Origin: Sphagnum compactum
Lineage: Eukaryota
Direction of reading: 5' to 3'
NCBI GenBank assembly: GCA_965153455.1
Contig: OZ234494.1
Coordinates: 10,912,001-10,976,000, forward strand
Length of the DNA: 64,000 bases
In this document: positions 25,521 to 38,654 of the stretch, piece by piece
How the letters are laid out: every line of letters begins with the position of its first letter
Numbering within the stretch: the stretch's first letter is position 1
Notes under the pieces: generated by a model
The model's input: only the letters and a program-made list of their open reading frames with translations
What the model was told of the DNA's origin: nothing
Database searches by the model: none
Program-made: the position numbers and the translations under genes

Positions 25521-27835
25521 GAACCTAGTGTCAACTTGAACACTTCCTGTTATGCTCCTAAAACTACTGATCGTCTCTCCTAAAAATGACCGGGTACAAA
25601 ATAGCTTTCATTATACTCAAATGTGCACCACTCATTCTGGATTGGGTGGGTATGATTGCCAGCTAACAAGCTAGGTTTTCATCCGTGGTGGCCCAAATTC
25701 CACTTTCATCACATCCACACACACTAGGTCAGATGAGTTGGAATGAATGGATCTTTACCACCCAATAATAAATTGTTAAACAAGCAGTGTAGCACGTGAT
25801 GTTTAGTGCCTAGATAATGTAGGAAAATCAGTTCCATGGTATGTGGGGGTAGGCTTCCAAAAGAGAACAAACTTGTAGGGATAACTAACTAGTTACCCAA
25901 TTAACCTCTGGGACGGTGCCTTCTTGTTGTCATCAAAATCTCCAATTAACAAATCTTACAAACCGCAAACTTCCAATCTGTTTCCCTGCAGTGACAAAAA
26001 TGCATGGGAAGAGTACTATACTCCTAAGCGATTATAGGTATAGTGCACTTATGTGATAAGACTGATGAAGATATGTTGTATCCTAATAGATAGAACTGAG
26101 AAAGTTTCTTTCTCGGGTGAAGAAACTGTTAACAAATGAACGAGAAAGTTTCTTTTGGAGGTGCATAAACAGTTAGCAAATGAACCAGATGTACTAGGGT
26201 TAACTCATCCTTAAACCCTTAAATTGATGTAACAATCAAAATGTAACTACCTAAACATTCTTACCAAAATCATGGATGTGAGGTCCACCATTGCTTATAC
26301 TTCCATGGAAGTGTCACATGGGACCACTTGCATTCCATTTAGGTCCCAAAACTTTAGAGGAAATTCTCATTATTATTATGTGGATCATCATCTGCCTAAG
26401 TAGCTAGGCCAACTTTGAGTTTAATCCCAGGTAGTCCCTAGTATAGGGGTTTAGGTTTTAGGGGGCAATGCCTGACATTAGGGCATTACCTATGTAGCAT
26501 AACAACTGAGGAGCTCCATGGGTTGGAATCCATCAAGATCAATGGTCAGGGATGGCCACTACCAAAACACCCCCTTTCAAACTTCAAAAGAGGGGTGTGC
26601 CACATGTCTAGTACTATTCTTACATTCCGCTCATGCCAAGGACTTGCTCACTGACACTAAGTTCTACAATACCTAATTGTCATATGACAACCATCTTCAT
26701 TCAATTAAAACAAGGGGACCCACATGAACAGACAACTGGAATTAGAGGCTAAACACGAGCACTGGAAATAGCTGTAGTGCAAACCAACAATAGTTGAGAG
26801 CTTTCATTGTGCCAGACAACTAAAACATCCCAGAGGTAACCGCAAGCCTGACTCATCAATCTAGGGTTTTGCAAAACTATGTTTGTTTAGGGAGATGTAG
26901 TAGCACATGCGGGACTTCCACCATGCCCTGCTCGGAAGAAGGGCTGAGCCTGAATTTTGGTGCATGGTATGGCCCAGGATGGGAGTGTTGCTGAAATAAA
27001 GGGCCTAGGATGAGGTGGTAGCCAAGTCTGGGCTTGGGATGTACCCCACCCATGATCCTGACCCATTGTAATGAGTATGATAACGGCGTAGGTTCATAGT
27101 TTAATCAAGTATGAGGTCATTTTCAGTTTCGTCTCACCCCAAATGATATGAGGGTAATCGATTGTAAATTACGAAATGATTAGTAATGAAGTCATATTTG
27201 TTTTTGTCTCAGGCCAAATGATGATTCTGCATATATTTAGTGTAAGTGTGAAGGTTGGGTTTTTTGATAAAGATACACAATTTTTTATGTAAGTGTGAAA
27301 GGTTAGGTTCTTTGATAAAGACATACATCTTTGATTGTCATTTTATACAAAATGAATTTCATATGTAGTTGACCAATAGTCCCAAAAAATTCATGAAAAT
27401 CACATTGCTCGAGCTTTATTGCTTATGAAGTTGTCATGCCCTCAACTTTTGTTGATGACATATTAATATAGGTCTATTTCTTGCTACTCCAACTAATAGT
27501 TCCATTTCCTAATATTAAAAAAATAACTTGATGTGAATCATTAAGCATCTATAATACCAACCTAATTTGCATCACAATATGCACATCTTTGTGTGTATTC
27601 ATAAATAGTATCATTGGAACATTGGCTTTAATAGGCATTCCTATCAGAATGCACTAAGCCATAATGTTTCTATCAACTTTCCTTTCTTTGCATTCATCTT
27701 GAAACACACCTCATCATAATTGTTCCTTTCAAAACATTGGTTACTATAGACCTAGTTATTGTAAATCCCCTTATGGAATGCACCTTGGCCCTAATTGTCG
27801 TGAACATCCCCATTGAAATGCACTTGGTCCATAAT

Positions 27836-30800
27836 CACATATCAAACTTGTCTTCCATGACTACATCCATAATTGAATTTGTAGTATAGGACATCTATGG
27901 TTACATGCACCTACATGATTTCTTAGTCAAATAAAATGGCATCATATGTAAAACATCTAGTTGGATAGTTAGTGACATGTATATGACTATCAATTTTGCA
28001 ATTACATGAGAAATGTTAAGATAAAACAAGTGTGGCCATTGTATCAAATGGGTTAAGATATATGAGATAAGATATATTGTCAACCCATTTTTATGTGGAC
28101 ATGTAGTAATTGCAAATGTGTTCACAAGAGGCCACACTTCTTGTAGCATAGGTGGCACCGAACCTAACCAAAGGATAGGTAATTAGTTTAGCAAACTTAG
28201 ATTATGCCTAGGGTTAGGTAGCTTAGGTATCACCTAGGATAACTTAGGTCACCTAGGTTAAGTGTAAAACTAAATAGTTCAATTGTAGACCCACCAGACT
28301 AAGCTAAAAACAAACCTAGCTTAAGTTGCAAATATGAAGATTTAAATTCATCACCTCTATGACATGAAAAGTCAAGTGCTTAACAAATGAACCACATTTC
28401 TGTAAGATGTGGTCTTTTGTTAATTCACGTCATAAATGAATTATTTTTTAATTCTTTGTAAATTTATTTACATATGGAGGTAAATAAAGTTTATCATAAC
28501 TAAGTATAGTAACTTATCACAAGTAAGTAGGTAGCCTAGGTAGATATGAAGGTCGATAATAGGTAGGTAACTAATTTACATTATGTAACTTATGTAACTC
28601 ATGTATGTATCCTATCTAAGCAAGTAGGTGGGTTCATTCATGGTTGGGGTTCAAAATAAAAGAATAAAAACAAGCCAGGAGTTTTTTAAGGTTAGTTTTT
28701 ACAAACATTATTTACATGGAACAAATTTTAGTGAAAAAAATTAAATTGTCAAAAATAAGGTAATTCATATGGTGGTTGTGATTTTTCACATGCATACATA
28801 ATGCATCAATATTTTGGTTTACAAGCAAAAATGTAAAAAATGCCTAAAATGAGTTTCTATGGACAATCAAACATGTGCATGTTACAAATGGAGTTAGAAA
28901 TTTTTAACTTAATGAACATAAACAATTAGCCAAATGATATTTAAAAGGAGTCATTTCCCTTGTAGTCTTTTGGTTCAAAATGTTAAGCTTTAAAAATTTT
29001 GATATTATTTGTTATTTTCATCAAATTCATCCAATTAACATCTACTTGCATAAAGCAAAACATGTTAAATTTTTTATACAAAAATTTTCAAATCAATTGC
29101 ATGATTTTACACTTTCTTTTTAGTATTTTAATGAAATTAATTAGAAACTAATTGATACTCTTAGTCTAAGGGACTCAAAAAGACATTTACATAGTACGAT
29201 GTATTCAAAATATTTTAAAATATTTTTATTAATTAAAAAATAAATCACTTTATCCAATGGCATACAACAATCCACTACAATTATTATCATTTTAATAAAA
29301 CAAAAATCCAAATTAGATTTTAGAATTCTTCTTTAATATTACGTTTTTTTTTATAACCCCAATTGTGAATGAACCCAAGTAGTCTAACTTAACTACCTAC
29401 CAAACATACCTAGCCTTAGCATTCTAAAGAAACCTCTTACTTAAAGGTACTTTGGAGAAACATGACGTAAAGGTGAAAGCACACTTGAGGGAACTAGTTG
29501 GTTTGTCACAATTATAGTTTTTATGGATTGTAGATGAATTTAAAATGTAAAATGTCATATTCCACATTAACATTGTCAATTTTTCTAGCTATCCATGTTA
29601 TCCACTTTATTTGGAATCACATTAAATATTATGAATGAATTCTTATGATAAGAGTGGATTCATAGTGGACTTTTGAACCAATAACATTTTCATGTGCTCA
29701 TAAAGTAAAAACTTCACATGTGGATGCAAAAAGTATGCCATAATAGGGTCAAAGGTTTTTATTTAAATAAGACAACATCAAATGAAATGTTTAAAGTAAG
29801 ATGTATCGAAATTTTTTTTATAATTTTATTATGATTTTAAGATTTTAATATTGCGTTATCATGTCTTTTTAATCCAAATTTCATTCAAAATTCATGTTTG
29901 TACATGGAATTTTTACCAATTACATGTTTGGCAATGTACACACTTAGGGTTGCCCAAGTGCAAATATAATAAAGTGACCCATGACCAATTGCTTTGTCTT
30001 CTGTTTACCTTAAAATATTCCTAACATATTTTCTTAATATTTCAAAATTTTAAAGTTTTATACTATTATGTTAATGTTGACATTAAAAATTTCCCAAAAA
30101 TAAGTCATTTTCAAATCTTTTTATAATTATTTTGTTATTTTAAAAATTATTATAATTTTTAAAAAGAAAATTTGGGTATTTTATATTCATTATATTCATT
30201 TCAAAAAACTTCACATGTTCCCATAATATATGAAAAAAATATTGTATAAATACACCAAATATTTTCAATGTTTTTTTTTTTACCATTTAAAAACATGTAA
30301 AAGTAACCACTAATTGTTCTTAGAATGGGTCATTTTAAATATTGCATCTACATCTACCCATATTTTTGAATGAAAATCTAGGGAAATGTACATTGGATGC
30401 ATAAGTTGGTAATTATCAAAATCTAAGAATTTTAAGTGGTCTTCAAAAATGGAAGTTCTCACAATGCCAAAAGTGAACCACCTAACCATGCTTTCATGTA
30501 ATAACTCAAAGTAGCTAGGTTAGGCTACCTCTAAGTATGTAGAAAGAAATGTTCATAATTTATATGGTGACAAAAATTATCAATTGATGAAAAAACTACA
30601 CAATATTGGTAATGGATTTGGTTTTTCAATGTGGAAGTAAGGACCTTCAAATCCTCATACTTGCAACCTAAATGTTTATGCTTAACTAGGCTATTTTATT
30701 TAAGCTAACTAAGTAGGTTATGTTAGGCTATGTAGCCTAGGCTAGATATCCTTGGCTAGGTTTTTAACCTAGTGTAAGTTGTTTAGAAAGTAGCCTAAAG

Positions 30801-31315
30801 TAGCCTAGTAACATGGAGTGGCCTAGTAATAGTTTAGTAGCGTAGGTGAACACTATGCCAAAACATTGCTTTTGTTACTTTATCCATGAGTAGAAATGTA
30901 ATTGTAAACGCCTAAACAACTACATGACTATGTAGTCAAATGAAACATGTCACTTTTATCATGTGGCATAGTTTGTCCATAGTCATAAATGCCATTTCCA
31001 CATCCAAAAATACAACTACAATCATGACCTTTGGATATGGTATCCTCTAATCAGTTAGCCTAGACCATTGGATCTAATAAAAAAAACCATGGATAATTTT
31101 TTTTTCACTAATGAAGTCTAGCCATGTGGTGGAGTCAGTCCCACATGCCACATGCCTAATTCATGTTTTGCCATGTTTCATAAAACTATTGGATGAAATT
31201 TAAAGCTTTGGGTCCTTGCTTGGATTGCCACTTTTATTATGGTAATAACGATTACAATTGTGAAGGACACAATCATGAATGTTATTTGCAACTATTACAA
31301 CAAAATCTACTAGTG
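27836..31315. mobile_element. Degenerate non-autonomous CACTA-type element containing nested insertions
   Basis: Right end tctactagtg (reverse complement CACTAGTAGA). The left end resembles the left end of the 56113 element. It has (TAGG/CCTA)-rich internal tracts and a block homologous to 56735-57010. TSD not preserved. Confidence 0.5.
28629..29377. mobile_element. Non-autonomous TIR element nested in the CACTA-type element
   Basis: 23-bp TIRs tgggttcattcatggttggggtt and the reverse complement tgggttcattcacaattggggtt. Flanks agtagg/agtagt look like a degenerate TSD. Confidence 0.75.
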
Positions 31316-33329
31316 GTAAAAATATCAAATTTGAATTAACTATATAACCATGGAGTCAAATGTGTTTCAAATGATTACAAATGTAGTTGTTTCCATAGTT
31401 TTAAATCTCACTTTTTGGTGTAATGTGATACATGACAAAAATAAAAATGAATTCAAAAAATAAGAACAAAAGCCTTAACAAACATTGGCTATAAACTATG
31501 ATTTTACCATTTTAGTGTTAAAATATAAACTTATAACATCTCCATTTTACATTGGTATGGAAGCCCTACAAAACCCAAGTGATCAAGAGCTTATTGGCTT
31601 GAATTTGGGCAAGGTCACTTTCAAGGTCGGCATTCCCCACACGTATCAAATAGACCACAACATGCCTCCTCTTTGAAAGCCTTTGAAAAGCTTAAAGACA
31701 ATAGTGCATATCCATGAAAGGTGACAAATTTTTGTTCATAGATCACATGAATATTGAAATCTCACAAGTTGATAAACTTTTGAAAATGGAAGCCAATTTG
31801 TGCAAAATAGTTTTGTAGTCCTTTTATCCTTTTGGAAATCACAAAATTGGTCGTGTAAGTTTTATGGCCAAAATGCCAACAAGCAAGCACATGACAAAGT
31901 TCATAACCCATGTTTATTTTTGTTTTCTTATTTTTGTCCTTTCACACATTGGATTTCAAGTCACATTTTTTTTCCATGATGTTTAGTCACTTTTTTTTTA
32001 ATTTAACAAATAACTACAAATGACATGCATTTTGGTTTGAAGCATTAGACCCATGTGTAGAACCATGATGTGTTTTCTTTCAAGCTTAAGACATGCCCAA
32101 GCAAAAGAAGGGTGAGGGGAGGAAGAGGGAGCTTGATAAGGTGGAGCTTGAGCTTCATAGAAATAAGAGCTCAAGATTGGCAATGTTGTACACAAGGGAT
32201 TTTAGAAGCTTTGTACATGACAATTTTGGTTGCCATGTGAAATCAACATCAAAAGGGGTTGAGAGGGGTATGGAGATCCCATGCTTGCAACAAACCGTAT
32301 TGTTGGATGATCCAAGGTTCCTAAAAACAAATCTAGTTGGAAATCAACAATGGAGTTCATTGAAAAGCTTCATAATTCTTCATAGATATTTTTTGGGTTG
32401 CTTGATTGAGGAAAATAAAAAGGGAATGAATTTGAAATTAACATAAATGATGCAAACTCATGCATGAACCAAGATTTTTTTTCACCCAAACTGCTAGGCT
32501 TTTTTACAACAATAATATTTTGGGTGTCATTGCCAGGTTGAAGAGCTTCAATTAACAGGGTTGATTTTTCTTGGTTGATGTAATTGCACTACAATGGGCC
32601 TACATTAGCAATTTCATCCCCAACACCATCATATTGTTGACGAAGGGATGATGTTTAACGTGTTGTAGATGAATTTTTTTTTTATAGAATGTCTTATGTG
32701 TCAAAAATGAAACACTCTAACTTGCAACCATCCCATAATATACCCATTAGAAATGTGGTTTTGGTAAACATTCTCATTTGAATGTAATTGGCCCCAAAGT
32801 TGGCTTAGGGAAATTATTCTTTGTATTTGTTGGATACCACTTATGTTCAAAGGATATTATTTTGTTACCTATTTATAAATGAAATGAATACTTACATATA
32901 CCCCTTATTTATCAATAAATGTGATAAGTTTTGGTTATTGAAAATTATTTAGGTTTATTTAGTATGAGTGCACTGCACTCATTTTAGATTTTTAAAGATT
33001 TTTTGTAATTTTGGTTGGAAAGGTATTTCAAAGAAAAAATAAATTGGAAGGAAAAAAATTAAAATTATGGAGCATGTGTTGTAACATATAATTTCAAGTA
33101 GAGTTTATATAAATATTGACAATTTTTTCATATTTTTAATTCTCCTTGTTATTTCATAAATTTTTAGTAAATTTATTTCCTTTTTAAAATTGATATTGTT
33201 TGTAAATAAATGTAAGTAACCTGCATGAGAAAATTGGTAGATGCCCCTTTCGGGACACACCTAGCCCTATCTATGGTAGATGGTCCCATTGGAACACACT
33301 TAACCAATAATAATCTTCTCAATACATCT

Positions 33330-33745
33330 TTTGAAATATAGGCTAAAATCAACTATGATTTTTAAATAACAAAAAGTCCATTTCATTACAATCTAATGAG
33401 GTTGCCCATGATTAACAATAAATCTCACAATCCCCACTACTTGAACAATATCGAGTTCTATGCATACCATTGCATACTTGAGACTTCCAATAACATTACA
33501 AAATGGGATAGTTTGCATTTCTTCCAAATATGCATCATTTGGAGGATTCATATCTTTCGGAAGTTTGCAATTGGTAACAAAATGGTAGACTCACATTGGT
33601 TTACTTTCAACCATATTGAAGTGGCCTCAATGTACTTCTATATAGTTGCTTTGGCTGAACTATATAAGAATACACTTGTCAAACGTAATTTCCTTGTATC
33701 CCAAAATAATATTGAACCTCACCTAGATACACCATATCAAATTTT
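33330..33745 (-). pseudogene. Ty1/Copia reverse transcriptase remnant
   Basis: Minus-strand translation with stops and shifts: SQSNYIE...FNMVESKP...NCKLPKDMNPP...MQTIPFCNVIGSLKYAMVCIELDIVQVVGIV...GQPH*IVMK...YLK. This matches the Copia RT C-terminal consensus (GSLMYAMVCTRPDI...PG..HW.AVKRI.RYLKGT). Confidence 0.8.
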
Positions 33746-34878
33746 CCCATAAACTTTTCACGTACCATGTGGAAAATAATAATAATGAAGCACCACTCAT
33801 GCAATCATAACTCATAACAAAGGATTCACTAACAAGAGATGTGGCCTAATACAAGTATAGGAATTTCACTAATATTTGGATGAATTTGTCACAAATTTAC
33901 TAGATTGAAAAATTCATAAATTCAGGATGCCCCTTAGTAAACAATGATGGGTTTGAAAATACTACAAACAAGTGAATTCACTAACACATGGTTGAATAAG
34001 AAATTTATGAGTGGCAATGGAATTGGGTTATATTTTTATGTCATTTGATTATTATTATGATGATACTACTTTTATTTTTATTTTTATTAAAACATATGAT
34101 CCATATATGGTCAATGTATCCAATGAAGCAACCCAATGTCTTTGTCAACAATCTAATACATATAATAATGATAAAATGTGTCAAAGATTGAATTCATGTC
34201 TATAGTAAATTGTTTTACAAATCCCAACCTTAATATGTATTTTCTTTTTCAATACTTTGCTAAAATGAAACAAATGAAAATTTCATTATTGAAGTTTAAT
34301 TTTCAAAGGTTTTCACATGTATAAGTAAAAAAAGTACCAAATTTCAAACCATTTGAAAGAAAACAAATATGAATATCATTGTTTAATAACAATTCATGAG
34401 AACACATTTATTCATGAAAAAAATGATTTCATGAAAATATTTGTAAATCTAAGCCCTTTTAGAACATGAGCTTAGAAAAATTTTATTTTGTTTATTCAAA
34501 ATGTAAATATTTTAATTTGCAACATTTAAACCATTTATTCTAGTTAATATTCTAATGTATGTTATTTTTAATATTTTATTTTACAATATATTATGTCATA
34601 TTGAAATTGGATACATTAGTTACTACATGCAAATGATATGTAATTTGTTAAATATAATGTATCACAATATAGTAACATTATGTCCTAATGAAAGTTTCAT
34701 TTTATTAAAGGGTCCTTCAAGGACATTCCTCTTTGAATTTTAAAAATATGTGAGCAAAAATATAAAGTGCCATATGTTGATTTTTGGGTAAGTTTTATAA
34801 TTTAATTAATTTCATAATAATTGGTTTATGTTTTTTAATCAATTTATAATTAACATAGTGTATGTGTTAGTCCTTAAC

Positions 34879-34879
<1 letters not shown>

Positions 34880-34926
<47 letters not shown>
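34880..34926. repeat. (TA)n microsatellite
   Basis: About 23 TA units read directly. Confidence 0.95.
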
Positions 34927-34930
<4 letters not shown>

Positions 34931-37900
34931 GTATTATAGATTTTAAGCATTAATTGGTAGTAGGTTAGTAAGTGAACATATTTTAATTCCCTACTAAAAT
35001 ATTTCTATCCATCCTTGAAGTTAATAGTAACAAAATGAGGCTTGTCATGTTTTCTTTCTTGGAAGCTTGATTGGGTGGGGTTTGGCCTTTGGGCTTGGGG
35101 GTGGGCCCCGGGGCACCATTTGTGTATTTTACAAAAGGTAAAAAATGGGTTAGTAGGAGCCATTTCGAGTGTAACCAATCTTTTTTGGACATATTTACAA
35201 TAGTCATAAACTAAAATAATGCTGAAATTTTATGTTGGATTTGTATGCTCATCTTTTTAATATATGGATATAACATTACGAAAAGTTTGAAAGTAATTCA
35301 ATAAATATTAAATGTCTTTCGGCATGTTCTGAACTTGTAACCAATGTTTTTTGTGCCTTGAAAGCATAATGAAATTATGTTAAAAAACATTATCACAACA
35401 TGATTTAGGAAACATTGGTGGCTCTTTTTACCCCATATTTACTCAAAACACTTATGGTAAATGGGTATGATTTGGTAGCCTATGAAATAATGGAATATTT
35501 TAATTATATTTTAGACTATATTTAAAGTATATTCTTATATTGAATTATACGCACTTCATTTACATTTAATTTAATTATAAAATATATTTATTTATAATTA
35601 AGTTGCACCTTAAATGATTTTGGACGTTGTTTGGAATAAATTGCAAGTGACTTCCCGAAGCCTTTAGGATGCCCTCTTCACACATTAAAAAATGGCTAAA
35701 TATCCTATTTTTTATGAAACCCTGTTTCCATCTAGATGGATTTGTGCTCGATCAACACAGCATTGGGAAAAACATTCTTCTAGTGCATCCAATTGAAAAT
35801 AAAACAATTTGAAAAACAATTAATTGAAATTGTTGTTGTATAGACCCACTTAATTTTTAAAAAATACTAGATCAAATCTTATAGATGTTTAGGGTTAAAA
35901 GTTGTATGTTTTTGGTTTAATTTTTCAACATTAATAGTTTGTCATTATTGAGTTTTAAGTGATTTTTATTTTTAAATTAATTAAAACTATTTTAAAATGG
36001 TTTTCCACTAACAAATTTAAAATTAACCCACTTCTCCTTGAATGGTAGCAGATGGGTTGGTAAAACTACTTAGTGAAATAACTAAGTGGGATATATGGAA
36101 TTCTACAAGTTAAATTTCTGTATTCTTCTACCAAATATTACAGAAAATGCAAGTGAGCATGCTATAAAGAAAAGAAGCAATTGAAAATAATCAAGAGCCT
36201 TAGCCTTCCAAATAGGAGTTTTGTAATGTTGAAAAGCTACAAATGTCTTCTAATGAATAAAAATTTTGATTTTATAATCTATGCAAAATATTCATAGACT
36301 CCACAAATGTAAAATTGTGACATCTTATCTTTTAATTCAATTGCAAAGTATCCTAGTCAAGAAGATTAAAAGGTCAACAAAACTTCTTGAAAACATAATC
36401 TAATGAACTATCAAAATATATAATCTTTTCAAAAAATAAACATTTCTTTAAAGGGAACAAACTACAAAGAGAGTTGCTACCTCTTGTTTCAACTATTGCT
36501 CTTCCAAAATTGCCTAAGAAAGTTCGAAAACTTGTAGATCTCTACTTTTCCAAATTAGGGGTTTATATACCCTTGTTGCAATAAGTGTCATCCATCTTGA
36601 AAGGCAATTGAAATGTAATTAGTAGACATAATGCCAACCAAAATATTTGATTGGTAGTTTTGCCAAAGTTTCAATAACCTTTCAAGAGGTCACCACTCTA
36701 AAGTCTAGAGTTGTCAACTGATAAAAGATCTAAAATTTGCAATTTTGGCAATCTAATCATTATCAAAGTTTTAAAAGCTCAAATTTTAAAAAGTTTTTCC
36801 TCCTAAACATGGGTACCTCATAAGAGGTTTAACATACTTGGGCCAATGGCACAAGGGCCTATTAATCTATAGTTAAAATGGATAAACATACGTTTACTAT
36901 GACCTACATAAACATTTGACAATGTCACACAATAGAAAAATAATGTGCCATATAATTAATTTGGAATTAAATTAGACATAAAGATGCAAATTAGGAGTTG
37001 GGTGTTAAAGGTTAGAAATTAGAATGGTTTTTTATATTGAATAAATTGAAATAATGCAATACTTTGAGGTTGTGTGTCAATACATGACATTTGACATCCA
37101 TGGTGATACATAGGAAATTTTTTGAAATGAAAAAATAGGTGATTTGAAGAACATATGAAAGGAAGGCGGGGGGGGGGGGGGGGGAATCAAATCAGTGTCA
37201 CCAAACAAACCCTTAATATAAGTTTTGATAAAAGGTGTGGCATTTGCCTTAAGTTGGAATATACTCCTTCATTTGTTGTGCTATTGTTTTTCATAGACCA
37301 AAAATGCCCTAACTTGTTTTTCTCAAATTTTTATTCGTAAATTTTGGATAGCAAATGAGAATAAGATTTTTGACCCTTGTGTTTGCTCCTTCTGCTATGA
37401 CCTATTTCAATTGGGTGTTTGCAAAGCTTAAAAACTTGTCTACAAAAGGCAAAAAAAATAGTGGATAACAATTCGTGACTTCACATTCATTTGAAACCAA
37501 TTTTTTTTAATAATGCTGCTACAACCTTACTTAGATGGGATAAAACAACAAAGTACAATGATGATCAAGCAAATTATGTAGGTACTTAGTTGAATAAGGA
37601 ACTCTCTAGAAGATGCAAGCTTAACAAGCCAATTTCTTTATCTAACAAGGCTCAAACATAGGTCTTCAACCTTGATTAAAATTAGTTTTTGGCTCACCAG
37701 GTTTCCACACACTATCTCATTTGGCACAACTACACACTAAACTTGGTCTTTTTCAGGTCTTGATCTTTTTCTCTTTTTTTTTTGGCAATGAATTTTGCCC
37801 ATTTGTCAAAACAAAATATTGACTTTTGCCCTTTGACATGTAACCAAATCTTGTAACGTTTCATCTTTTGAAATGATGTAAAAAGGAATAGGACATCCGG

Positions 37901-38654
37901 AGGATATGAAGAGTTGAAAATTCTATGGTACATTGGAGTTGGTAAAGGGGGTGCTTTAGGTTCCATTACAAATCATTTTTTTTTTGGATGATGGTTTCAC
38001 ATTGACAATTTCACATTGGAACCCTTTCATATTTTCTTTTTCATATATCACCTTTAAATTATCACATGTGGAAATTGAATGTATTTGTCTTTGCAAGCAA
38101 CCATAACACATATTTGAATTCAATTTAGGTCACTTCAAATTAAATAAATGGTTAATCCTTTTCAAAAGTTGAACTCTTTGAGATTGATATGGTTTTATGA
38201 GTTTCTTGGTGTAATTGATATAATTTATTCTTTTAAAACTCAGTAGGTGAAAACTGAATTTCATGTTACAAAAGTAATGGAAGTGAAAATGATTTCATGA
38301 AAAATTTAGATGATCATGGAACTTTGCTTTGATGTTGTATGATTCAGGGAACAAATGAAACTAGATTAATATTTTGAGCTTATGTGAGTGTGATTGTGTC
38401 ACTAATAATGTGGAGCAACATGGAGCCCAAGTTGTTGGTAGACAGCAACTTCGGAGTTTTTAGACAAAAACCATATATATACAAAATGGAAGTCCTAAAT
38501 GGGTTGATGCTACACCTTATACGTTGTATACATATGGAATTTACATCTGATATGTATGATATGCTGAGAAATTAAAAAATGTGAACCCACATATGGCACA
38601 CCCCACATTCATGGAGACATTAATATATGATTCAATGTATATATATGACCCGCA

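Noticed and set aside
32093..32446. 117-aa ORF in the repeat desert
   Set aside because: No recognisable motif, and it is surrounded by decayed repeats. Probably TE debris.
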